Positions 8,162 through 17,766 of a stretch of 64,000 nt of DNA are shown here, in pieces. The position numbers and the translations under genes were made by a program. This DNA is from Candidatus Xenobia bacterium (GTDB taxonomy: Bacteria > Vulcanimicrobiota > Xenobia > Xenobiales > QWHO01). The notes below the pieces were generated by a model. The model was not told the origin of the DNA and did not search any database. It saw only the letters and a list, made by a program, of their open reading frames with translations. The stretch's first letter is position 1; each line of letters begins with the position of its first letter. The stretch spans positions 128,001 to 192,000 of the forward strand of contig BTUM01000004.1 of assembly GCA_045863235.1 (NCBI GenBank), read 5' to 3'.

Positions 8162-10015
8162 ATGCAGCTGCGAGAGAGAGCAAGGTGCGGCTATCCCGAT
8201 GCGATGGCAGCCCTGGCCGAGGCCGGGGAGGACCTGAGCTTTCTTTCTGCCGAGCAGCGGGCCTATGGCTGGTGCCACACGTTCCACCCACGGTTGGCCG
8301 AGGAGCTGGTCGTGTGCCGGGCGACCCCGCACTGCCTGGTCGTGAGCTCGCTGAAGCTGGGTCAGCCCCTCGAGCTCGACTCTCGGCTCGCTCCTTCCTT
8401 CCTGGAGGCCAGCGCCTGCCCCGATCCAGAGGTCTCGGCCCGGGCCCTGGAGGCCCTGAAAGCCACCGACCTGGTCGACCTCCTGTGCGACTACGCGCTG
8501 TCGAGGGACTGCTCGCCGGCCGCCAGGGAGGTCTGGGTGGCTTTGGGCTTGCTTCCCAGCGCCCCCCATCGGCGCCAGATCTACCTGATCAGGATGGGAA
8601 GGACGGACCTTGCCGAGGAGCTCGATCCGCAGGGCGAGCACCTGACGCTGGGAGCCCTGGAGCTACGCCCCTCCTGGCGCCTGGCTCTGGCGGCCCATTT
8701 GCGCGAGCGCGGCCGGGGCCACCTGGTACCCCGCATGCTGGGCATCGTCCGCGAGAGAGTGCAACTCGACGGGCCCATGCTGGCCGAGATGCTACGCCAG
8801 GCCCAGTTCGAGGCACTGTGGACTCTGTGCCCCTTCCTGTCTGCCGAGCGCGCCCGGGAGGTCATCCTGGGACTGGCCGAGAGGGGCTTCGCGGGGGGGG
8901 CTGACTTCGCGCAAGCCGTGGACCTGGCCCGGGTCGAGCCGATCCGGCGGCCTGTCTATCGCACGCGCGGGAAATGGGTGGGCTGGGGCGGGCGCCGCCT
9001 GCTGGTCAGCCGCAATCGGAGCGTGAGAGCCATCGATTGGGAGGAGGATCGCGTCGCCTGGCAGGTGGGAGGGAGTTGTCAGGGTGCGGTGCTCTCGCCG
9101 GACGGCAGGTGGGCCGCTCTTTCGCGCCAGCGGCACTACCATCTGCACGATCACGAGGGCCGAATGGTACACGCGAATCGAGCCGTGATGCCCAGTTTCT
9201 CGCCCTGCTCGAATTACTTCGCTTTTCGCGAGGGGCGCTGGCAGCTCTGGCGCCTCTCCCCGCTCGAGCTGCTCGAGTCATCCCAAAACTGCAAGTTCGA
9301 GTGGCTGGAGCCAGGCCAGGTGATCGTCAGCGAGGTGGGAGGACTGCGCATCCGCGATCTGGCCAGCGGGACCACCCGCCTGGAGCCGCCCCTGGCCAGT
9401 GAGCCGAACACCTCCAAGTGGAGGAGGTCTGCCCGGGGCGCGCGCTGGGTGGCCCGCCGAAACCCGCTGATGGCGTTGAGCACGGGCACCCCCGAAAGCC
9501 TGATCGTGGAATCGGACGGAAGCTGCCAGGTCGTGCCGAGCAGGGTCGTGCTGCTCGACGACGAGCGCGTGCTGTGCACCAAAGACTGGAAGATCTGGGA
9601 CGGTCGCATGCTGCGGCCGCTCCCCAGGCCAGAGGCGGCTTCGTTTCAGATCGATCCCCGGGGGGCGCGACTCGTGACCGAGAAGGAAGGCTTCACCGCG
9701 CTGGTGCGCCTGGGCGACCGCCTGCCCTACCGAGAGCTGCCCGGCACTTTTCTCGCGATCCATCCCACCGAGCCTTACCTGGCAACTTTGCTTGAGGGAG
9801 AGATCTGCATCTGGCAGGTGCCCCACGAGGTCGACCTGGGTCCTGCGCTGCTCGAGGACAACGCCGAGCGACTCGAGCAACACCTGCGCCCACTGGCCCT
9901 CTTTCTCTTGCACCGACGATTCCGCCACGAGGTGGCGCTGGAAGAGGGTCTGGAGCTCTCCCCAGCGCACGAAATCCAACTCGACGACGATGAGGCTCGC
10001 GTTTATGGAGGGTAA
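8162..10015 (+). CDS. Hypothetical protein, helical N-terminus plus degenerate WD40/beta-propeller region
   Basis: LSPDGRWAA, FSPCSNYFA, IDPRGARLV, IHPTEPYLA blade-like repeats; C-terminal LLHRRFRHEVALE; start placed at MQLRERA. Confidence 0.6.
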   Translation: MQLRERARCGYPDAMAALAEAGEDLSFLSAEQRAYGWCHTFHPRLAEELVVCRATPHCLVVSSLKLGQPLELDSRLAPSFLEASACPDPEVSARALEALKATDLVDLLCDYALSRDCSPAAREVWVALGLLPSAPHRRQIYLIRMGRTDLAEELDPQGEHLTLGALELRPSWRLALAAHLRERGRGHLVPRMLGIVRERVQLDGPMLAEMLRQAQFEALWTLCPFLSAERAREVILGLAERGFAGGADFAQAVDLARVEPIRRPVYRTRGKWVGWGGRRLLVSRNRSVRAIDWEEDRVAWQVGGSCQGAVLSPDGRWAALSRQRHYHLHDHEGRMVHANRAVMPSFSPCSNYFAFREGRWQLWRLSPLELLESSQNCKFEWLEPGQVIVSEVGGLRIRDLASGTTRLEPPLASEPNTSKWRRSARGARWVARRNPLMALSTGTPESLIVESDGSCQVVPSRVVLLDDERVLCTKDWKIWDGRMLRPLPRPEAASFQIDPRGARLVTEKEGFTALVRLGDRLPYRELPGTFLAIHPTEPYLATLLEGEICIWQVPHEVDLGPALLEDNAERLEQHLRPLALFLLHRRFRHEVALEEGLELSPAHEIQLDDDEARVYGG

Positions 10016-10021
10016 CGCTCC

Positions 10022-10036
10022 CTTTCACGGAGGCGA
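10022..10036. repeat. Partial copy of the dispersed repeat
   Basis: CTTTCACGGAGGCGA matches 15 nt of the repeat core; lies between convergent stop codons. Confidence 0.5.
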
Positions 10037-10041
10037 CGTGC

Positions 10042-12669
10042 TCAGGTCTGAGGATCAGCGACCTGGCCACCCTGAAGGCGCCGGTCGATCACGTGCCGCA
10101 GCTTGCCGCTGCGCGGGTTGCGCTCCAGCTCTCCCGGACTGACGACCTCTACCACCAGTTCGGCCAGCAAGCCCTGCTCGAGCCGCTCACCGAGCACAGG
10201 CAGGCGCTCGAGCAGCCTTTCTCGTACCCTCTCACTGGAGGCCGGGCCTTCCACCCGCACCCGCAGCCGATCGAGCAGGTCCCGCTTCTCGGCTACCAGT
10301 TGCACGGCGCCCGCCAGGCCGACCAGAGCTTCGGCCACGTCTTGCCAGGAAGTGTTGGTGCTGGCCAGGCAGAGCAGGTCGTCAGAGCGGCCAAGCAGCT
10401 CGAAGCGAGGAGTGGTCCGACCGCAGGGGCAGGGCTCTTGCAGCCAGCGGGCTCGATCCCCCAATCGATAGCGAATCAGCGGCATCAACCGGCGCTGCAG
10501 GCAGGTGATCACGACCTCTCCCTCCGGGGCCGGTCTGCCTTGCGCGTCCAGTAGCTCCATCCACACCTGGTCGCTGGCCAGGTGGTGCACCGAGCCCGGG
10601 CAATGGGCGCACTGGTAGCCGATGGGTCCGCCGTCGTTGGCGCCCAGAATCGAGCCCAGCCGGGTCAATCCGAAGCGTTCGCGCAAGAGCTTCTGCTCGC
10701 CCGGGGGCAGGGGCTCGCCCCCGTAGACCACCGTCTTGATGGGGGGGCGAGCCTGGCGCTCGTGGAGGTCGGAGAACAGGCGGGTGAGCTGAGACGAGAC
10801 CCCCAGCACCACCCCCACTTCGAAGCGCTCGAAGTGCAGCATCAGGCTCTCGAGGGGGGCCGAGGCGGTGAAGGGGAGGTTGACCACGCCGGCTTCCTCC
10901 AGCACTCGGTGGATGCTCAGGAAACTGCCGTAGAGGTCGCCCGAGAGGAAGAGGTTGGCGCAGCGGTCCCCCGGGCGAACGCCCAGGGCGCGCAGCATCT
11001 TGACGCCGGCCAGGACGTCGGCGCGATAGTCCTCCGGGCTCAAGAAGCAGTACTTGGGGTCGCCGGTGGAGCCGCCGCTGCGCAGCACCACGGCGTCCTT
11101 GAGAGGCGCGGTCAAGAGCTCGGCGGACTGAAGGTGCAGCACCGAGCGCTCCAGCAACGGCTGGCCCTGGAAGTCCTCCGGGAGGCAGACCGGGGTAAGG
11201 CGCTCGCGGTAGTAGGGCGAGCGAGCGCGCACGAACTCGATCAGGTCGAGCAGCCGCTCCCAGCTGATGGCCTCGGCCTCGGCGGCGGGGCGGGTCTCCC
11301 AGTCGTGGCTGATGCCCTCGGGGGCGTCGGCGGTCAAACTCACCCAGCGCACCAGGGGTTGCAGGCCGAGACGGCCGTCGTGGGGCTCGCCGGGCTGCCC
11401 CCCTGCCATCTCGCCGAGGCGGCAGATGCGGGTGGCTCCCGCCGCGGTCAGCAGCCGGCCCAGGTGGCGCGAGCGATAGAGCCCGGCCTCCAGGCCCACG
11501 GTCTGAAGGAAGCTGCGCCAGGGCTCGAGCAGAACCGGCAGCTCGCGCTCGGGTTGCTCCACCGTCTTGATGATCAGCGTGCGGTGCAAGGGCGAGGAGC
11601 GAAGCTCGCTCTCGTCGCTCTCGTAGATCAACGTCCAGGCCAGGGGACGCCTGGAGGTCAGCAGTCGCACCGGTCGCACGGCCTGGTCAAAAAGAGCCAT
11701 CTGGCGCTCCTTGGTGACCTCGATGGCGGTATCGAAGGCGGGCTCGGCAGACGGCAGCTCGGCCTCCACCTCCTCCAGCGCCCGGGCCAGCGGCTCGAGC
11801 AGCCGCTCGGCGTTCTCGGCTCCCTCCACGTAGAGCACCTGGGGCGAGGAGCAGGCGTGTTGATCCCACATCGACACGTCGCGGGCCAGGCGGCCCGCCA
11901 GCTCGGGCAGATCCTGCCAGCCCGGGGCGTCGGCGGTGAGCACGGCCAGCGACAGCTTGGGCCCGTAATCCACCACCTCCACGTGGGGATCGACCCCCTG
12001 ATGGTAGCGGCGCACGGCCTCCTCGCCCCCGGTGATGACGATGGCGTCACAGCCTGCTTTGAAGAGCGACTCCAGGCTCTCGTCGCCTCCCGACCAGGAG
12101 AGCACGGCGGTGGAGCGGGTCAGCTCGCCATCCTCTTCGAAGGCGGCCAGGCTCTCCACGAAGAGCCGGGCAAACAGCGGGTCACCGCTGGAGGCCTTCA
12201 GCAGAGTCACGTTGCCGGTCAGCAGAGACTCGGCCAGGAGGATGGCGGCGCCCACGAAGACATTGCCCGAGGCCACCGTCAGCACCACCCCGCGGGGACG
12301 AGCCCGCAGGTACTCCCCGATGCTCTTGCGCGGAGTCCAACGATCGAGCAGGTCAGCCGGCCCCAACTCGCGCTCGATGCGCATCTCCAGGACGTCGCGT
12401 CGCAGGGCGTTCCCCATCATCGTGAGGGATTGCGCCACCATGGGCCGGGACATGCCCACCAGGTCGGGGATCTCTTGCTCAGCCCGGCGTCGGGGGGGGA
12501 ACTCGGGGTCGACCCAGGCAGCTCCGGCCCGATCCAGAATGCGCATGATGCGCCGCACCGAGATGCGCTCGTAGCTCAGGGTGCGCTCGCGAGCCCGGCC
12601 CAGCACCTCACGGACCCGCTCGGCGGTGAGCGGGCCGCTCCAGGTCTCCCCCAGCACGAAGTGGCTCAT
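10042..12669 (-). CDS. LuxC-type acyl-CoA reductase fused to a PaaK-like adenylate-forming ligase
   Basis: N-half RPRGVVLTVASGNV, GGEEAV, YGPKLS, WDQHACSSPQ (catalytic Cys); C-half RSGGSTGDPK, PLIRYRLGD, LLGRSDD; ATG overlaps the LuxE stop. Confidence 0.85.
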   Translation of the reverse strand: MSHFVLGETWSGPLTAERVREVLGRARERTLSYERISVRRIMRILDRAGAAWVDPEFPPRRRAEQEIPDLVGMSRPMVAQSLTMMGNALRRDVLEMRIERELGPADLLDRWTPRKSIGEYLRARPRGVVLTVASGNVFVGAAILLAESLLTGNVTLLKASSGDPLFARLFVESLAAFEEDGELTRSTAVLSWSGGDESLESLFKAGCDAIVITGGEEAVRRYHQGVDPHVEVVDYGPKLSLAVLTADAPGWQDLPELAGRLARDVSMWDQHACSSPQVLYVEGAENAERLLEPLARALEEVEAELPSAEPAFDTAIEVTKERQMALFDQAVRPVRLLTSRRPLAWTLIYESDESELRSSPLHRTLIIKTVEQPERELPVLLEPWRSFLQTVGLEAGLYRSRHLGRLLTAAGATRICRLGEMAGGQPGEPHDGRLGLQPLVRWVSLTADAPEGISHDWETRPAAEAEAISWERLLDLIEFVRARSPYYRERLTPVCLPEDFQGQPLLERSVLHLQSAELLTAPLKDAVVLRSGGSTGDPKYCFLSPEDYRADVLAGVKMLRALGVRPGDRCANLFLSGDLYGSFLSIHRVLEEAGVVNLPFTASAPLESLMLHFERFEVGVVLGVSSQLTRLFSDLHERQARPPIKTVVYGGEPLPPGEQKLLRERFGLTRLGSILGANDGGPIGYQCAHCPGSVHHLASDQVWMELLDAQGRPAPEGEVVITCLQRRLMPLIRYRLGDRARWLQEPCPCGRTTPRFELLGRSDDLLCLASTNTSWQDVAEALVGLAGAVQLVAEKRDLLDRLRVRVEGPASSERVRERLLERLPVLGERLEQGLLAELVVEVVSPGELERNPRSGKLRHVIDRRLQGGQVADPQT

Positions 12670-13751
12670 TCCAGCAGCCTCGCGGCCGCAATGGCGCAGC
12701 CGGCGTGCTTGCGCGTGCCGCCCCGGCCCAGAAAGCGAAGCGCAGGGGCCTGACGCCCGCACGGGCAACCCTCCTCCAGGGCCGCCAGGTCGCTGGTCAG
12801 CAGGCTGAGGTTGGGCACACTGGTCAGAAACGGGGTGCACAGCTGCAACAGACCTGGCTCACCCGGAGCGAGCGGCCGAAGATCGAGGGGATGACGGATC
12901 AGCGCCCGGCAGAACACCGGAACATGGAAGCGGTGGGCCGGGCACTCGACGTAGGGGGCGCCGTGCTCGACCATGCCATAGTTGTCGCGCTGGCGCTCGG
13001 GGGGCACAGCCAGCTTCTGGCTGACCAGCTGGAGAAACTCCTCGCGAGGGATGGCCTGCTCGGCCTGGCCCTTCCAGCCCCCGCCGGTCAGCACCCAGCT
13101 GCCCTCAGCCAGCCTGACCGGGGCGTGCAGCCGCGTCATCAGACGGTGCAAGAAGGAGGGGAAGCCCACGATGCGCGTGGGGAACGGGCTTTGAGCCAGC
13201 CGCACCAGAGCCTCGAGCGCCCCTTCCTCGTCGAAGAAGAACCCCTCCGGGCCCTTTTGAAGGGCGTAGAACACCTCGGCCTGGCGGGTGAAACGGGTCC
13301 AGTTGGAGGAGCTGAAGGCCGCCCCCGAATCGGGAGCTTCAGCCGGGTCGTAGGAGAAAAGCAGCGAGTTGGTTGTCTCGTCGGGGGCCACCAGCCCCTG
13401 GTCGGCAAAGACCGTCTCGAGCATGGCCTGGGCCCGATCGAGCGAAGCCTGGTCGAAGAAAGTCTGGCTCTTTTGCCCCGAGGTCCCACTGGAGCGAACG
13501 TGCAGCACGACCTGGCTCTTCTCCACGCTGAGGAGCTCGTAGCGCTTGAACACGTTGACGAAGACGAAGGGGGCATCCTCCAGGCGCCCCAGGCGCTGAA
13601 AGCCCTGCTGCTCGCAAAACCGGCCGAACTCGGGGCAGGAGCGGCGGTGGTGGGCAAACGCCTCCTGCATGGCCTCGTGAAAGAGCAGCTCGCGCTCATC
13701 GTCGAGGTCATAAGGGCGATCAAGGCGACAGAGGCGGTCGATAGCTTGCAT
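12666..13751 (-). CDS. luxE: LuxE-family acyl-protein synthetase
   Basis: VNVFKRYEL, SSGTSG, TGGGWKG, DNYGMVE, SLLTSDL, GRGG...GCA. Confidence 0.85.
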   Translation of the reverse strand: MQAIDRLCRLDRPYDLDDERELLFHEAMQEAFAHHRRSCPEFGRFCEQQGFQRLGRLEDAPFVFVNVFKRYELLSVEKSQVVLHVRSSGTSGQKSQTFFDQASLDRAQAMLETVFADQGLVAPDETTNSLLFSYDPAEAPDSGAAFSSSNWTRFTRQAEVFYALQKGPEGFFFDEEGALEALVRLAQSPFPTRIVGFPSFLHRLMTRLHAPVRLAEGSWVLTGGGWKGQAEQAIPREEFLQLVSQKLAVPPERQRDNYGMVEHGAPYVECPAHRFHVPVFCRALIRHPLDLRPLAPGEPGLLQLCTPFLTSVPNLSLLTSDLAALEEGCPCGRQAPALRFLGRGGTRKHAGCAIAAARLLE

Positions 13752-13884
13752 CCTGGAGGGCCCCGTTTCTCACCGGCGGCGGCCGGCCCTGCTCTGCGCA
13801 CTGATATCCTTCTGTCCATACTGCGGCAACAATCCTGGGACCAGCCGCGCGTAAACTCAGGGCGGTGCGCAAACAGGAGACCTC

Positions 13885-15447
13885 ATGCTCACGGCAGTCC
13901 AGCCCGCTTGCGGGCACAGCATAAAACATCGCTACTTCAGCCAGGACCCCCTGACCGAGCAGCTCATGACGACCAGCATGCCTGCCGATGGCGTGTCGCT
14001 TGGCCCTGAGAACGCTCGCTTGAAGGTCGACGACCCCGGTCAGCCGGTGGCTGCCCCGGACGAGAACGGCAACATGCTCTATGTGCCGACCGACCCTCGC
14101 TTTGCCCAGGTGCAGACCTTCGTGGCCGCCGACCGCTCGCTTCGCTTCTTCGAGCGCCACCTGCAGCGCAAGCTCGACTGGGCTTTCGGGCGCGAGCAGA
14201 TGCTGATCCACCCCCACGCCGGCAACACCATCAACGCCTTCTACAACCGTCAGGAAGGCTCCATCAACTTCTACACCTTCAACGCCCAGGAGCTGGGCAA
14301 GACCATCAACTCCGGACACTCGGCCGAGATCGTCGCCCACGAGTCGGGCCACGCGCTGCTCGACGGGGTGCGGCCCGAATGGATCAACTGCCTGGAGGAC
14401 GCCACGGGGGGATTCCACGAGGCTTTCGGCGACATCCTGGCCTTCCTGGTGGCCCTGGAGGAGCCGCGCAACCTCGACAAGGTGCTGGCCGAGACCGGGG
14501 GCGACCTCAAGCGCCCTAACTCGGTGGCCCGACTGGCCGAGGAGGTTTCCCGGGCCCTGTGGGACGAGCTCGACATGGAGCGCCCCCACCACGACTACCT
14601 GCGCAATGCCAACAACGCGCTGGTGAACGCTGACCCCACCACCCTGCCCCCCGATCCGCCCAACGAGAGCGAGCTCGGCCGGGCCGTGCACAACTACTCG
14701 CGGGTGATGACCGGAGCGGCTTGGGACGTACTCGATTCGTTCCACCGCCAGTATCAGGCCCAGGGGTTCGGCGTGCGCCAGAGCCTGGAGAAGGCCCGCG
14801 AGACGGTGGGAGCGCTGGTCATCCGCAGCCTGGACTTCTGCCCGGTGGGTCACTTGCCGTCGTACGGCGACTTCGCCCGGGCTCTGCTCGAGGTGGATCG
14901 GCGCGACTTCGACGGCCAGCACCGCGAGATGCTCACCAATCTGATGCAGGCCCGCAACATCCACCCGCCGGAGCAGCAACCGGTGCCCGCGCTGACTCTG
15001 CCCGAGGACGGCACGACGCCGTTTGGAGCCCAGCGTTTCCTGGAGCTGCACAGAGACGAGCTGGGCATCGCTCCCGAGGTGCCTCTGACCTTCGAGCGTT
15101 CCTACGCCAATGAGCTGGGCGAGCGGTTCGTCCTCTATCGCTACGATCGCAACGTGGCCGTGCGAGAGGACCTGAGCGCGGTGGCCCAGGGTGGGCTGTT
15201 GCTGGTCTTCGATGGGGACGGGAGCTTGAGCTACCGGCACTTCAACGAGCTGACCCCGGCCGCCGAGGGGCGCCTTCGCGAGGCGGCTCTGTCCCAGCTA
15301 GCGGCCGGGCAGATCCGCACCGACAGCGTGCTCTCGGGCGAGGTGGACCTGTCTGGCATGCTGCAAGAGGACGGTCAGCCCTACCAGGGCTACCTGTCGG
15401 TGGAGCCGCAGGGCACAGTCATCAAGGCCAGCCCGGTTCGCGCCTGA
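13885..15447 (+). CDS. Zinc metallopeptidase (M36/M4-like gluzincin)
   Basis: NAFY, VAHESGHALLD (HExxH), GGFHEAFGD third ligand, VHNYSRV; RBS AGGAG. Confidence 0.8.
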   Translation: MLTAVQPACGHSIKHRYFSQDPLTEQLMTTSMPADGVSLGPENARLKVDDPGQPVAAPDENGNMLYVPTDPRFAQVQTFVAADRSLRFFERHLQRKLDWAFGREQMLIHPHAGNTINAFYNRQEGSINFYTFNAQELGKTINSGHSAEIVAHESGHALLDGVRPEWINCLEDATGGFHEAFGDILAFLVALEEPRNLDKVLAETGGDLKRPNSVARLAEEVSRALWDELDMERPHHDYLRNANNALVNADPTTLPPDPPNESELGRAVHNYSRVMTGAAWDVLDSFHRQYQAQGFGVRQSLEKARETVGALVIRSLDFCPVGHLPSYGDFARALLEVDRRDFDGQHREMLTNLMQARNIHPPEQQPVPALTLPEDGTTPFGAQRFLELHRDELGIAPEVPLTFERSYANELGERFVLYRYDRNVAVREDLSAVAQGGLLLVFDGDGSLSYRHFNELTPAAEGRLREAALSQLAAGQIRTDSVLSGEVDLSGMLQEDGQPYQGYLSVEPQGTVIKASPVRA

Positions 15448-16639
15448 CCCCGGGCACCTGTTCGCGTGACAGGAGGCCATAGCCCAGTGCAGCCACGCCC
15501 AGCGTGGCGCAGCCCAGCCCCAGCAGCATGGCGCGGGGGCCGACCAGGCCCACCAGGGGAGAGGCCAGCGTCACCCCGAGCGGTGCCGCCAGGCCCACCA
15601 TGGCGAACAGGCTGGAGAAGACGCGACCGTGCATCTGCGGGGGAGTCGTGCGCTGCACCAGGGTGATCACCACGGCGTTGCCGGGCGCGACCCCGAAGCC
15701 CGCCAGCGCAGCCAGCAGCACGCTCACGGGCAGGTTGGGGGCAACCGACATCAGGGCGAAGGCCGCTCCCAGGAGGCCCATGCCGGCGTAGATCACAGTG
15801 GCCGGTCGCAGCCGGCGAGCCAGGGGAGCGGCGGCCAGAGAGCCCAGCACCATGCCGGCGCCCACTCCGCCCATGAGCCAGCCGAAGCCCTGCGGGCCGG
15901 CCCTCAACGCGCGCTCGGAGAAGACAGGGAAGAGCACCGCAAAGGGCATGGCCAGGAAATTCCCCGCCATGGCGGTCAGAAAGACCAGCCTCAAGAAGCG
16001 GCTGCGCAAGAGGTAGCTCAGTCCCTCGCGGGCCTCGGCCAACAGCTTTCGAAGCGTCAGGGGAGAGGTAGCTCCCGGCTCGGGCCGCCCGCGCATGAAG
16101 GCCAGAGCCAGGGCCGAGACGACGAAGGAGGCGGCGTCGATGTAGAGGACGTGTACGGGGCTGCTCAACCAGGCCACCAGCAGTCCGGCCAGCACCGGCC
16201 CGAACAGGGAAGCCGCCTGGGCGGTCATCTCGGCGTAGGCGTTGGCCTCGGTCAGGTCGTCCTCCTCCACCAGCCGGGGGATGAGCGATTTCTCGGCCGA
16301 GTAGAACATCAGGCTGAGGCTGGAGACCAGGAAGGTCACGGGAAAGATGATCCAGGTCTGAGCGGTCAGGGGGATGAGCAGCACGAGCAGCCCGCGCAGC
16401 AGGTCCACTGCGATCATCAAGGCCCGGCGCGGGAAGCGGTCGACCACCACTCCGGCCCACCACCCGAAGAGCGCGTTGGGAAGGATCTGGGCCAGGAAGA
16501 CTCCCCCGGTAAGAGTGGTGGAGCCGGTGGTGGTCAGCACCAGCCAGGCCAGAGCCACGTAGTTGAGCTGGTTGCCGAGCTGGGAGACCAGCTGGCCGAT
16601 CCACAAAAGACCGAAATCGCGCCGCCGCAGCAGGATCAT
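15422..16639 (-). CDS. MFS transporter (DHA3/macrolide-efflux-like)
   Basis: RDFGLLWIGQLVSQLG, GVVVDRFPRR motif A, QRTTPPQMHGRVFS; about 12 TM segments. Confidence 0.9.
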   Translation of the reverse strand: MILLRRRDFGLLWIGQLVSQLGNQLNYVALAWLVLTTTGSTTLTGGVFLAQILPNALFGWWAGVVVDRFPRRALMIAVDLLRGLLVLLIPLTAQTWIIFPVTFLVSSLSLMFYSAEKSLIPRLVEEDDLTEANAYAEMTAQAASLFGPVLAGLLVAWLSSPVHVLYIDAASFVVSALALAFMRGRPEPGATSPLTLRKLLAEAREGLSYLLRSRFLRLVFLTAMAGNFLAMPFAVLFPVFSERALRAGPQGFGWLMGGVGAGMVLGSLAAAPLARRLRPATVIYAGMGLLGAAFALMSVAPNLPVSVLLAALAGFGVAPGNAVVITLVQRTTPPQMHGRVFSSLFAMVGLAAPLGVTLASPLVGLVGPRAMLLGLGCATLGVAALGYGLLSREQVPGVRREPGWP

Positions 16640-17766
16640 GGCGAGTGACGGGCGGCGGTGGCGATGAGCTCGGGCCAGCGCGAGAGCAGCTCGAGATGGC
16701 GCGCAGCGCCCTCATCCACGGCCGCCAGGCAGTCCTCTTTCTCCGACTCGATACGGGCCGCCAGGTCGCGCTCGGGGTAGAGCCGGGACAAGAAGGCCGC
16801 GAATCGCTCTTGCAGCTCGAGACGGGGGGCGCGGTCCTCTGCCCGGGGCGCGCTGCCAACCAGGCGGGCCAGCTCCTCGGGACCTTGTGGGCGCTCCTGG
16901 CGCACAGCCTGGAACACAGGCGCGTAGAGGGCGTTGTAGTCGATGGCCCGGGCCAGGCGCCACCAGTAGACGCTGTCGTCGCGGCCAGGGGGATGGCGGT
17001 GCTCGAGCACGCGTCCGTGGGCCCCCAGCGCCCAGCCGGCGCCCAGGGCCAGGGCCACGGGAAGGTTGTCCACGTCGGGGGTCTCCTCGGCCGGGGCCAC
17101 CGGGAGGTGGCGAAACAGTCCCCGGTCGGTGCAAAGCCCGGGGTAAACGCTCTGGCCGGGAGCCACCCGAGCCCAGTCCTCCATGCGCGCGGGAGGTGGA
17201 TGCTTGAGCGCTGCCTTGACGGCCGGGTCGGCGAAATCAAGCTCCAGGCCCAGCAAGCGGCCGAGCTCGGCCATCAGCTCGCTCCCCCCGGTCCGATAGA
17301 TGCGGTCTACATCGCAATCACAGTCGCCAAAGTGGACCGTGCCGGCCAGATAGGGAGCCTCGGGACCGGTCAGCAAGGCGACCTCTCGCTCCACCGGGAA
17401 CCACCAGCCACCCTCGGCCCGAGCCACCAGCAGCTCGTCGGCATCGCGCCGGCTGAGAGTGGTGGCTCCCAGAGCCGCCCCCACCAGGGCCACCAGGTTG
17501 GCCACCTTGCCGTAGTTGGCCACGGGCCCGGGCTGCAGGCTGGCCGAAAGCGACCCGCCCACCGCCAGGCAGAAATCGAGCAGCCAGGGCAGGGTCAGAT
17601 GGCGGGCTCGAGGCAGTTCCCCCACCCGGGCCGCGTTGGGCTCCGGATCGGGGCTGCTGTCGAGCAGCACGAAGGTCAGCTCGGGAAAAGCCTCAAGCTC
17701 GGCCGACAGGGGCTCGAGCGGGCTCTCCCAGGCCCGGTTGGTGGGCACCACCAGAATGTGGCTCAT
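16636..17766 (-). CDS. DUF6271-like protein (possible GT-A-fold enzyme)
   Basis: VVPTNR...VLLDSS...NYGKVAN...AALGATTLSRRDAD resembles DUF6271 motifs as I recall them; ATGA overlaps on both sides. Confidence 0.6.
   Translation of the reverse strand: MSHILVVPTNRAWESPLEPLSAELEAFPELTFVLLDSSPDPEPNAARVGELPRARHLTLPWLLDFCLAVGGSLSASLQPGPVANYGKVANLVALVGAALGATTLSRRDADELLVARAEGGWWFPVEREVALLTGPEAPYLAGTVHFGDCDCDVDRIYRTGGSELMAELGRLLGLELDFADPAVKAALKHPPPARMEDWARVAPGQSVYPGLCTDRGLFRHLPVAPAEETPDVDNLPVALALGAGWALGAHGRVLEHRHPPGRDDSVYWWRLARAIDYNALYAPVFQAVRQERPQGPEELARLVGSAPRAEDRAPRLELQERFAAFLSRLYPERDLAARIESEKEDCLAAVDEGAARHLELLSRWPELIATAARHSP

Noticed and set aside
7055..8641. ORF-track N-terminal extensions of mutS2 (to 8641) and of the WD40-like gene (from 7055)
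   Set aside because: They overlap each other's real coding regions; recognisable sequence starts at 7996 and about 8162.
10042..13751. Bioluminescence operon
   Set aside because: No luxA/luxB/luxD/luxG in the window, and LuxC is fused to an unrelated ligase.
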